A stretch of 64,000 nucleotides of DNA from Candidatus Poribacteria bacterium (GTDB taxonomy: Bacteria > Poribacteria > WGA-4E > JAJDTR01): the NCBI GenBank assembly GCA_965222225.1, contig CBDCTK010000002.1:5216001-5280000 (forward strand). The letters run 5' to 3'. A model generated the notes under the pieces. The model saw nothing but the letters and a program-made list of their open reading frames with translations. It was not told where the DNA came from and did no database searches. Shown here in pieces: positions 1 to 9,015 of the stretch; position 1 is the stretch's first letter, and each line of letters opens with the position of its first letter. A program made the translations under genes and the position numbers.

Positions 1-512
1 CTTCCGGGAACGGTTGTAACACCTAACCGCATGCCGTCCGGGGTCGACAACTCAACATCTACAAGCTCAATCGCGGAGTCTTTGTATTCGAGTATCTCAA
101 AAGTTACGCTCAATAGTGTGCCCTCATTGGCCCCGACACCGATTAAGGATGCCGCCGCAATGGGCGGTGCGAGTGTGGCAGTGTCAGTCGCCAAATCGGC
201 TTGTACGCCATTGGGTTCGATGAGGAAAACTTCAATATTCGCAAGGTTCCTGATATTCGGGTCGCCGGGCAAATAATCACTGAACTCCACGCCGACAAAC
301 GAGAGAGCAATCGCGTCAAATTTGAGATTAAGTTGATAGGCGGAGACATTCTCTGCGTTCGAGATATTCACATGAATTACAAGGTTTTCACCTACAAGTG
401 GCGAGTCGATTACCGCCGGATTGATCGATACAACCGCCTCTGCAAATACCAACGACGGGATAGTCAGGCATATCGCTGCTAAACAAGCAATCATCCTGAA
501 AAAACTATTCAC
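1..512 (-). CDS. Secreted cohesin-domain protein, 5' part (runs off window start)
   Basis: Not in the ORF track; hand translation from GTG at 512 (GGAGGA RBS upstream): MNSFFRMIACLAAICLTIPSLVFA|EAVVSINPAVIDSPLVGENLVIHVNISNAENVSAYQLNLKFDAIALSFVGVEFSDYLP...GANEGTLLSVTFEILEYKDSAIELVDVELS. Signal peptide plus cohesin-like pattern; open to position 1. Confidence 0.75.
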   Translation of the reverse strand, partial: MNSFFRMIACLAAICLTIPSLVFAEAVVSINPAVIDSPLVGENLVIHVNISNAENVSAYQLNLKFDAIALSFVGVEFSDYLPGDPNIRNLANIEVFLIEPNGVQADLATDTATLAPPIAAASLIGVGANEGTLLSVTFEILEYKDSAIELVDVELSTPDGMRLGVTTVPG

Positions 513-728
513 AATTGTCCTCCCTGACGCAACTAAAATCTTGATAGTGCTTTACAAACTAAATCATAATGCCTAGAATACCGCAGTTCTCCATGCTACG
601 CTAGCCTATAATTACCCCCGACACCCGAATTTAGTTCCATCCTTTGGAAATCGGTTTCGGGATATTTTACTGAGCTTTAACGCTTGAAGCACTCGAATTT
701 CGACAACAGCCAGCATCGCAAAGTGCAT

Positions 729-758
729 ATTGTAGTGTTGAAATTTCGGCGATGTCAA
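729..758 (-). promoter_or_regulatory. Putative sigma70 promoter for the cohesin gene
   Basis: Minus strand TTGACA-18 bp-TACAAT. Confidence 0.45.
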
Positions 759-790
759 GGAGTTTCATCGAACCGGTCGCGCCAATCGCA

Positions 791-815
791 GTAGGAGCGA
801 TCTCCGAATCGTGAC
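791..815 (+). repeat. REP-like GTAG hairpin element
   Basis: GTAGGAGCGATCTCCGAATCGTGAC; related copies near 25322, 38173, 50892, 60531. Confidence 0.6.
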
Positions 816-922
816 AGGTCAGTTCAGTGTTGCAACACGCTTTCCGCTCTGGAGCAAATTATCGTCATAGCTTCTCCCCTTCCTTCGTTCCAATCTTCCA
901 TCCTTCCAATCTCTCAATTCCC

Positions 923-1930
923 TCACTCCGATTTTTCGGCATTACCACTCCCTTCCACTGGCAATGCCTCAGCCTTATTCACCTTCTGTTCAGAGGTGCT
1001 CAGTGCAACCCTTAGCTGCTCCACAATCCTCGTATCTTGCGAAACTTCATTCCCACCACCCGTTCGCTGTCCGGGCGCATTCAACGCGAACGCTAACCCA
1101 TCCAAAATCCCCGCTAGTTGTGCAGCCTCGTTGCCAATCGCCTGTTGTTCCGGGGTTTTCAGTGCAAGTGTCAATCGCTCCAATACCGCAACAAGCTGAG
1201 GCCCGGACAAACTCTCTGACTTTCCGCGTTCAGTCGCCGACAGCTTCCTCATACTTTCCATCGTCTTGGTCAAAGAAGTCGTGAGCGCTTGCATATCGTG
1301 TACCGATTCAAGCGGCTCATCCAGCTTTCGACTGATTCGGTCGGCATTCTTCGCCAAAAGCGCAACGTGTTCCACTTTCGACGTGTACGGAACGTCACTC
1401 ACGACACGCCTATACTGATCCCGCGCTTCACGCCAAACTGAACCAAACTTCTTTTCAGGCCATCGCGCTGTCCCCGGTTTCAGATACGCCAACCGCTGGA
1501 TCAACATTTTTCGAAGTTCTTCCGCCCCCAGCGCGTCCTTCTGGGCAAGTCTGTTTATAATCTTGTCTTTCACCATTAACTCCCAGACCGCGGCTGAGCT
1601 AGGCATTCCCTGTGCATGACAGCGGATAATGAACTTCCGGTGTTCATCCGAAATAAACCGCGAAACCCACCGCCCCAACTCCTTATGGATTTCATCTTTG
1701 ATTACCTTTAGGTCCCCTCCATACCCCAAATCGGGTTCCTCTCTATACAAATCCCGATACAACTCCAATGCATGCCGTTGCACACGTGCGACAACCGCTT
1801 CAACAAGCTCCGCCCCGACCAATGTATCAAACATCGTGCGTATCTCCGACCTTAATTCCACCGCCCCGTCCTCCGGTACATCGTCGCTTAACGCATTTTG
1901 AAGTGCGATGTTCGGTTTTTCCGTCGCCAC
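923..1930 (-). CDS. DUF2280-like hypothetical protein
   Basis: 335-aa ORF; segment ISDEHRKFIIRCHA...KKFGSVWREARDQYRRVVSDVPYTSKVEHVALL resembles the DUF2280 pattern as recalled; C-terminus predicted helical. Confidence 0.55.
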   Translation of the reverse strand: MATEKPNIALQNALSDDVPEDGAVELRSEIRTMFDTLVGAELVEAVVARVQRHALELYRDLYREEPDLGYGGDLKVIKDEIHKELGRWVSRFISDEHRKFIIRCHAQGMPSSAAVWELMVKDKIINRLAQKDALGAEELRKMLIQRLAYLKPGTARWPEKKFGSVWREARDQYRRVVSDVPYTSKVEHVALLAKNADRISRKLDEPLESVHDMQALTTSLTKTMESMRKLSATERGKSESLSGPQLVAVLERLTLALKTPEQQAIGNEAAQLAGILDGLAFALNAPGQRTGGGNEVSQDTRIVEQLRVALSTSEQKVNKAEALPVEGSGNAEKSE

Positions 1931-2358
1931 TGTTTTCCTCCGTTCATCGTCAAAATAGGGAACGAAAATCTCAGTCCCCGATTCTTAAGTTACTATGTCT
2001 ATTTCCCCCGTGTGCTAAGCGCTGCGGAATAGTCCCCACGTGGGTTTTCACGTTTCTGTCGGCTATCAACTATCCGGATTTCCCGGAAAAAAAGTGGTGT
2101 GAATCCTCTGGCGAAATGCTTAACATATATTACCCTATTTCATGTTCGGGTTGCAAGCTCTCTTCACGGTTCATGCAAACGAACTCGGTCATACTGTAAG
2201 CTTTCACGCTCTTTTTAATCTCAAAGCTCTCGATCCATTTACCCTCATAGATATTAAAAGTATGAAATGCCGATAATCTCCCTTTAGCGACCACTTCCCG
2301 CGCCTGTGTTTTGTGACTTTTTGCCTATACAACTGCCCTCAACCGATGTTGGTTCATG

Positions 2359-2387
2359 TTGACATAATCTGCAAAATGTGATACGAT
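2359..2387 (+). promoter_or_regulatory. Putative sigma70 promoter upstream of the FG-GAP array
   Basis: TTGACA-17 bp-TACGAT with TG extended -10, about 70 bp before the first array gene. Confidence 0.55.
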
Positions 2388-3511
2388 GCCCTGTGATTTA
2401 ATTGCAGGGCGGCACAAAGGCGAAACTTTGTTGGCCCCTGCACGGAAAATGAGAAAATGATGACAAAAACAATACAATTTGTGCTTCTCACGCTTGCCCT
2501 TGGCTTGGGAACGGAATCCTTCGTGAACGCCAAGGAAGTCAAGCTAGCCGGCGCCGAGGGAGGATCCGGAAATAGGCAGCTCGCTGTCGATATCGTGGCG
2601 GGGACAGTCATTGTAGGAGCGCACGCCGAAAACTACGCCAAAATATATGCCGCGAAAAACAATCGGTGGGAATTGCAAGCACAAGTCAGTGAGGCCGAAG
2701 GGAGTTACGGATGGGCAGTCGCCATTGGAAGTCTCCATTTGCGGGGTAACCCGCACGCTGCCATCGTAGGAGCCCCGAACAACAGCGACCGTGGCGACAG
2801 CGCGGGCGCTGCTTTTGTCTACGCCCCGAGCGGCGGCACATGGAAACAGCAGGGAAAACTCACCGCCGACGATGCTGCCGCTACAAACAATTTCGGACAC
2901 GCCGTCTCCATTGACGGAAATACTGCCATTGTTGGCTCGCCAAAAAGCGACGATGCCGGCAAAAACTCCGGGGCAGCCTATATCTTCGTCCGCGATGGCC
3001 CGACATGGAAACAGCAGGCGAAACTGCTCCCCAACGATCTGGGAGGATCGGATGCGTTCGGGGAGGATGTCTTTGTCTCCGGGCGCAGCCTATGTTTTCG
3101 TCCGCGAGGGAACGACGTGGGTACAAAAAGCCAAGCTTACTGCTGACGACGCGGCCAAGAGCGATCGGTTCGGACATTCGGTTGCCATGAGCGGCAACAG
3201 CATCATCGTCGGCGCGCCGCTGCACGATACCCCTGCCGGCAAAGATGCCGGGGTAGCCTATATCTTCGTCCCCCACGAGGACTCATGGAAGCAGCAGGCA
3301 ATGCTCATGCCGGCAAAGGCGGAAGCTTCCAATCAGCTCGGATTCGGTGTTGCTACCACGGGAAACATCGCAATCGTTGGCGCTCCAGCCCGTAATGAAG
3401 GGGCAAGAGCCGCAGGAGCGGCATATTCCTTTGTGCGTGTCGAAGGCATCTGGGAGGAGAAAGAAAAGGTTGTGCCCAAAGATGGCGCCAGGAAATTATA
3501 GAAATCCTTAA

Positions 3512-4384
3512 GAACCTGTTTGAAAAGTCATTTGACTCGGTTTCGCATCAAGTAAATGGAAGCGCTGTACACCATGGTCCCAGGAGTCTTAAGGATAGCG
3601 TTCATAATCCAAAGTCAATGGACGAAACCAGCCAAGCCAAGAAAATGTGCGTTCAACAATCCATCGTAACGGGACAACTTCAAACCCCTGCTGCCCTAGC
3701 GTAGATGCGATCTCCAGTTGACACTGATGAGCTAGATATAACCAGTCTTCTAATTCTCCGCGATAGGCAGCATCGGCACACACCAACTGAATTGTTATGT
3801 ACCAGCTAAACACTTCTGTTAGTAATTCAATAGCTATCTGATTGTCACTGACTTTGACTATCAATGGAACACCTATCGTATCAGTTACTAGATGTCGTTT
3901 GCGTCCTTTGACTCTCTTGTGACCATCAAATCCTCTAGTCGCCGCTAATTCCGTCGTCTTAACGGATTGGCTGTTGATGATAGCTGCTGTCGGTGATGGT
4001 TCTTTGCCAACATCACGACGTGTTTGTTCGTGAAGTGCCTGATGAATCAAGAGCCATGTATCGTCGGCGCTCCACTTTCTGAAATGGTAATAGACCGTTT
4101 GCCACGGTGGCATATCATGGGGTAGCGTTCGCCACTGACAGCCTGACTTGACAACATAAAAGATGGCGTTGATGATTAAATACATCTCCCACTTGAGAGG
4201 TCTGCCTAAGCGTTGAGCTGTTGGCAGAAACGATGACAGTTTCTCCCACTGTGCATCGGTCAAATCACTGGGATAACTCTTGCGGTTCATGTTTACTCCT
4301 TTCATTGGTTCAGAATGAACTGCTCCAATGAGTAAACGTAATCATCAACCCTTCAGACAACTTTCTTCTTTTTCAAACAGGATC
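3512..4384 (-). mobile_element. IS5-family insertion sequence (defective)
   Basis: Terminal inverted repeats GAACCTGTTTGAAAA (3512) and TTTTCAAACAGGATC (to 4384) enclose the transposase ORF. Confidence 0.9.
3589..4305 (-). pseudogene. IS5-family transposase, probably inactive
   Basis: YPSDLTDAQW...SGCQWRTLPHD.PPWQTVY..F..W, GHKRVKGRKRHL.TD, RWIVERTFSWL. First DDE Asp appears as Asn (IINSQSVK); 1-bp frameshift truncates the C-terminus at ERYP*. Confidence 0.85.
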
Positions 4385-4705
4385 TTAGCGCGATAAGATA
4401 AATTAAAAAATTGTGACATTATGTGACATTATGTGAGGAAATATGGCAATGGAAGCGTAAAGATTGCTGGTTTCTAACCGCCGCGGACAATGACATAGTT
4501 TGTAGGGTGCGATCAAAGGAATGAATAATGACTGCGATAGAGATCCCCTGCGCACCAGCCTTTGAAAGCGCCAGCAGCGATCGAGCGAGTGGATAACGAG
4601 TGCGATAGGGATCCCACAGGTATGTAGCAGCCAACAATGAAAACATGAAAAAACTTTCTACAAATGACCAAAAATGGCTTTGCCACCGATTATTCAAACA
4701 GGCTC
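4385..4705. mobile_element. MITE-like passenger segment ending in an IS5-type end, carrying REP and hairpin-repeat units
   Basis: Ends TATTCAAACAGGCTC followed by TAA (4706-4708), matching the TAA (3509-3511) before the IS5 left end; internal block nearly identical to the one in MITE 23665-23905. Confidence 0.65.
4511..4615 (+). repeat. GATCAA-hairpin repeat cluster (2 units)
   Basis: Units at 4511 and 4579 fit GATCAA-NN-GA-NN-GNNNA-NN-GA-NN-GCGATAG-(A)GATCCC. Confidence 0.85.
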
Positions 4706-5121
4706 TAAGTTCGGTTCCTCAATTGCAATGAGCGACAACTCCGTTGTCATATCGTCCCACAATGCGGTGAATGAAGGCCCCGGATTTGCCAACGGTACCG
4801 CATTAGCGGTGACAACGCTTGGTCAAGTCAAGCGCACAGCGCTGTATCAAAACTTTCCGAACCCGTTTAACCCCGAAACATGGCTGCCTTATCGGTTGGC
4901 GTCGGATGCCCTGGTCACCCTTCGCATTTACAATGTCGGAGGGAAACTCGTGCGGGAGTTGGATCTCGGCGACCAAAGAGCGGGCGGCTACCTGACTCGC
5001 GAGACCGCCGCCTATTGGGATGGTCGGGACCAACGCGGTGAAGCCGTGTCAAGCGGTTTGTACGTTTACACCCTGCAAGCCGATGACTTCCGAGCCACGC
5101 GAAGAATGGTTATTTTGAAAT

Positions 5122-5230
5122 AGATGAAGCGACTGAACAAAGATCAACAGACCGAATAGGATCAAATGAGATTAAGTGAACGAACAGTGGGCGCGATAGA
5201 ATATATTTGTAGGGTGGGCACTGCCCACCA
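5122..5230 (+). repeat. GATCAA-hairpin repeat cluster plus REP-like GTAGGGTGGGCACTGCCCACC
   Basis: Nested partial units start at the stop codon; full unit at 5170; REP at 5210-5230. Confidence 0.75.
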
Positions 5231-5384
5231 TTTCTCGTAGCGCTAGAGCTCCCAAAGAGATTCTCAACGCGTATAGCAACTTGAATAACCAAAAATGGTT
5301 CTGTCGCGATTATTTAACTGGGTTCATAAAAGCACATAGCCCGCACTGATTTCAGCAATTCAAACATAAATTAATAAGGAGATT

Positions 5385-6977
5385 TTGATGAAAACGGCAT
5401 ATTTAGTATTGATTGGTCTGACTGTCGCCGTCGTATGGGCGTCCATCAGTTACACTGCCCTCGCTCAGAAAGATGTCAGGCTTGTCCCCGCCGACACGGG
5501 CGGCACCGATAATGATCCTGTGTCAATCGGTATCGGCACGAAGTACATCATCCTCGGCACACCGGGGAGTGCCCAAGACTTCGCCACAATCTTCGAGGGC
5601 GAAGGTGACAAGTGGAAGCAGACGGCACATCTCACGGGTGACGGCGGCGCGTTCGGGCAAGCTGTCGCTATCACCGATATCCGCGGACGAAGCAATACGG
5701 CATTTGCAATTGTCGGCGCACCAACCCACGACGGAGCCGGAGAAGCCCGAGTTTTTGCGCTCGGCGGAAGAGACTGGAACCCGCAGGCGAGACTCCGCGC
5801 CAGTGATGCGGCGGACGGAGACGCTTTCGGACATGCCGTCTCAATTAACGGCGACACCGCCCTCGTGGGTGCGCCGAAAGATGACGATGCGGGCAGCAAC
5901 TCCGGGGCGGTTTATGTCTTTGATCGTGTCGGCGCGCGCTGGAACCAACAAGCGAAACTTGTGGCGAAGGATGCCGCACCCTCCGCTGGATTCGGTGAAG
6001 CCGTCGCCCTATTTGGCAATACCGCTATCATAGGGGCACCACAGAGCGAGCATCGGGGCGTAAAGTTCGCAGGTGCGGCTTACGTGTTTGCGCGCGAAGG
6101 GAACAGATGGGTGGAGAAAACCAAACTCACGGCTGGCCATCCGGGCAAGGCGGACCGATTTGGGTTCGCCGTCGCTATCGGCGGGGACACCGTTGTCATC
6201 GTGGCGCCCTTGAAAGATACCGAGGGCGGACAAGATGCCGGCGCCGTCTACATTTTCGGGCGTGATGGGAACGCCTGGAGACAGCTTGCGAAAGTATTGG
6301 GGGAAGGCGGTTGGAAAGGCGACAAATTCGGAAACAGTGTGGCTACCAATGGAAACGTGGCAATTGTTGGGGCGCCTATCCGAGAAGAGGACGCATTTGC
6401 CTCGGGTGCCGCTTATGCCTTTGCACGTGTGGACGGAGTCTGGCAGGCAAAGGAGAAGGTCGTGCCCAAGGACGGATCCAAAGATCTTCACTTCGGTGCT
6501 TCGGTCGGGATAAATGAAAATACGGTGGCTATCGCTTCCCATCACAAAACCAAGTGCGCCGACTGCGGATGGCCGCACGGCGACGGCTCATCCGCCTATG
6601 TCTATAGCAGTATAGAAAGTTTCGGTACGCCGCCCTTCGCGGTCGAGCCGATTGATTTGAAAATAAATACGCTAGGGCGAGTAAAACGCACAGCGCTGTT
6701 CCAAAACTTCCCCAACCCCTTCAATCCGGAGACGTGGCTGCCGTATCAACTAGCTGCCGATGCCCCGGTAAACCTCCGCATCTATAACATCCGAGGTCAA
6801 TTGGTGCGAAAGTTGGATATCGGGGTACAAAAAGCCGGGAGCTATCGGGCACAAGAATCCGCCGCCTATTGGGATGGCAGCGATCAACTTGGCGAAAGCG
6901 TTTCCAGCGGCGTGTATTTCTACACGATGCAAGCCGGTGCGTTTCAAGCCACGCGCCGAATGCTTATTTTGAAATAG
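5385..6977 (+). CDS. Secreted FG-GAP repeat beta-propeller protein with FlgD-Ig/T9SS-A-like C-terminal domain, copy 2
   Basis: Signal peptide; repeated FG.AV.I.G.TA.VGAP...GAAYVF blades; tail TALFQNFPNPFNPETWLPY...YWDG...RRMLILK. Confidence 0.92.
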   Translation: MMKTAYLVLIGLTVAVVWASISYTALAQKDVRLVPADTGGTDNDPVSIGIGTKYIILGTPGSAQDFATIFEGEGDKWKQTAHLTGDGGAFGQAVAITDIRGRSNTAFAIVGAPTHDGAGEARVFALGGRDWNPQARLRASDAADGDAFGHAVSINGDTALVGAPKDDDAGSNSGAVYVFDRVGARWNQQAKLVAKDAAPSAGFGEAVALFGNTAIIGAPQSEHRGVKFAGAAYVFAREGNRWVEKTKLTAGHPGKADRFGFAVAIGGDTVVIVAPLKDTEGGQDAGAVYIFGRDGNAWRQLAKVLGEGGWKGDKFGNSVATNGNVAIVGAPIREEDAFASGAAYAFARVDGVWQAKEKVVPKDGSKDLHFGASVGINENTVAIASHHKTKCADCGWPHGDGSSAYVYSSIESFGTPPFAVEPIDLKINTLGRVKRTALFQNFPNPFNPETWLPYQLAADAPVNLRIYNIRGQLVRKLDIGVQKAGSYRAQESAAYWDGSDQLGESVSSGVYFYTMQAGAFQATRRMLILK

Positions 6978-7036
6978 ATCAAGGAAGTGAATAACGACCG
7001 CGATAGCGTCCTCATAGCGCGCGCGATAGAAATCCT
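6977..7036 (+). repeat. GATCAA-hairpin repeat cluster
   Basis: Unit starts in the TAG stop (TAGATCAA) and is followed by orphan 3' halves. Confidence 0.8.
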
Positions 7037-7167
7037 TTATAAGAGAAGAACAAACCTACAATATGGGAAGGCTCTATTTCCTACTCACCAGTTAACAACG
7101 AACAGAGACTACGCCAGCACGGACGCTGGCGACTAAAAATTCGCATAGACATAGAAGGGAATATATA

Positions 7168-8820
7168 ATGAGAAAAACGTTAACATCTCTCTTAATAGGT
7201 CTTACCCTCAGTATCGGTCTCGCACCTGTAAGCCACGCCGGAGTCGATAAACTCGTCGGCGCGGAAGAGGGGATTGACAATAAACATCTTGCGACGGATG
7301 TCAGCGGGGACATCCTCGCCATCGGTGCTTCCGGATCGGGCTACGTCAAAATCTACGTAAACGCCGGTGGAAATTGGAAAGAGCAGTGGCAACTCACAGC
7401 CCAAGAGCGAGTTGAACAAGAAGAGGCGCGTATTCCCGCCTTCGGATGGTCGGTCTCCCTTACGGGCGTCCACGAAATTGCCAGCGCGAACTACGCTATC
7501 GTTGGTGCGCCGACCGACACGCATCCTGAAAAAGGCGAGGGGGTCAATGAAGGTGGCGGCATTGCCGGCATCTTCGCCGCGGGAGAAAAAGGCGCCGCCT
7601 ATATTTTCCGCCGTACCGGAAACGAATGGCGACAACAGGTGAAGTTGATTGCTGAGGAACCCACAGATGACGATCGGTACGGCGAGTCTGTCTCTATTTT
7701 CCGAACCATGGCAATCATTGGCGTACCAAAAGACGATGATAACAAGAAGAACGAGGGTTCTGCCTACATTTATGTGCGCGAAGGTACTGATTGGCGTCAA
7801 CAAGCCAAAATTGTCCCCGATGGCCTTGGCGGCTCCGACGCGTTCGGAGAGGCCGTCGACATCCGCGAAAGCACAGCCGTGATCGGTGCACCGGCGCACA
7901 CACCCGGTGGAGTGAGATTCGCGGGCGCAGCGTATATCTACGTTCGCGAAGGGGAAACCTGGCGCCAACAAGCCAAACTCACAGCCAACGATGGTGCGAA
8001 AGCCGACCGTTTCGGTTCCTCTGTCGCTATTGGTAGTGGAACCGTAGTCATTGGTGCGCCGGCGCATGACACGGACAAAGGCAAGAATGCAGGAGCCGCC
8101 TATGTGTATGTGCGCGATGGAGATCGATGGAAACTGGAGGCGAAACTGACACCCGAAGTCGGAGAGAAGAACGATCAATTCGGATTTGGCGTCGACACCA
8201 ACGGTAATATCGTCATCATTGGAGCTAAAGGGCGCAGCGAACGCGCACCAGCCGCAGGGGCTGCCTATTCCTTTGTGCGAACCGATGGGCGCTGGGAAGA
8301 GAAGAAGAAGGTTCTTCCCGATGACCTAGAGCAAAAAATCAACTTCGGTGGTTCCGTTGCCATTAACGGCAATACCGTCGTCGTTGCGTCTCACAATGCA
8401 GGCAATGATGGCCCCGGATTTGGACACGGCACGGCGGTGCATGTTTACAGCAGTATAAAAGACTTCGACACACCGTCCTTCTCCGTTAATCCAACAGGAT
8501 TGAGAATTACATCACTTGGCAAGGTCAAACGCACGGCGCTGTTTCAGAACTTCCCCAATCCGTTTAACCCGGAAACTTGGCTGCCGTATCGCCTAGCCTC
8601 CGACTCGCCGGTTACCTTCCGCATCTACAATGCCCAAGGCCAGTTAATGCAGGAATTGGATCTCGGCACCCAAAAAGCTGCGGACTACCTGACTCGAGAA
8701 ACCGCCGCCTATTGGGACGGCAGAAACCGATTCGGAGAAACGGTGTCCAGCGGTGTCTATTTCTACACCCTTGAAGCCGGCTCTTACGAAGCCACTCGGC
8801 GGATGCTCATTTTGAAATAG
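7168..8820 (+). CDS. FG-GAP repeat protein with C-terminal sorting domain, copy 3
   Basis: 550 aa, same architecture as copy 2. Confidence 0.92.
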   Translation: MRKTLTSLLIGLTLSIGLAPVSHAGVDKLVGAEEGIDNKHLATDVSGDILAIGASGSGYVKIYVNAGGNWKEQWQLTAQERVEQEEARIPAFGWSVSLTGVHEIASANYAIVGAPTDTHPEKGEGVNEGGGIAGIFAAGEKGAAYIFRRTGNEWRQQVKLIAEEPTDDDRYGESVSIFRTMAIIGVPKDDDNKKNEGSAYIYVREGTDWRQQAKIVPDGLGGSDAFGEAVDIRESTAVIGAPAHTPGGVRFAGAAYIYVREGETWRQQAKLTANDGAKADRFGSSVAIGSGTVVIGAPAHDTDKGKNAGAAYVYVRDGDRWKLEAKLTPEVGEKNDQFGFGVDTNGNIVIIGAKGRSERAPAAGAAYSFVRTDGRWEEKKKVLPDDLEQKINFGGSVAINGNTVVVASHNAGNDGPGFGHGTAVHVYSSIKDFDTPSFSVNPTGLRITSLGKVKRTALFQNFPNPFNPETWLPYRLASDSPVTFRIYNAQGQLMQELDLGTQKAADYLTRETAAYWDGRNRFGETVSSGVYFYTLEAGSYEATRRMLILK

Positions 8821-9015
8821 CGCAAACGACAAACTCAAAGCGTGTGGGAGGTTCGGTATAGATGCGAATCTCCCACGCACTACCAGTTGCAGGACATAGA
8901 CGGCACAGTTCATGCCGCCGACTCGACATCGGGACTCGTGCCATTGATTAATTGTCATCGAAAACAAACGATTCCTGACCAATCTTCAAACAAAACAACT
9001 CGAAAGGAGCGTGCC

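Larger units (their letters stand above)
2457..5123 (+). pseudogene. FG-GAP repeat protein with C-terminal sorting domain, copy 1 (disrupted)
   Basis: Three pieces (2457-~3085, ~3080-3501, 4707-5123) align to the intact paralogues. Frameshifting deletion at ~3080 (FGEDVFVS|GAAYVFVREG), insertion 3512-4705, in-frame deletion at ~4800 (GNGTA-type motif joined directly to LAVTTLG). Confidence 0.9.

Noticed and set aside
872-922. Pyrimidine-rich TCTTCCA-like repeats (also ~32775-32830)
   Set aside because: Low-complexity intergenic repeats near gene ends; no structure or function can be supported.
7192-8178. 328-aa minus-strand ORF and similar antisense ORFs across the array, RND and VIT genes
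   Set aside because: Antisense to well-supported genes; no recognisable domains.
8842-9015. N-terminal extension of copy 4 in the ORF track (also extensions at 18207, 25884, 41768, 47060, 60310, 60802)
   Set aside because: Better RBS-linked starts lie downstream; the extensions run through intergenic or REP sequence (e.g. the poly-Arg before uxuA is the RBS region).
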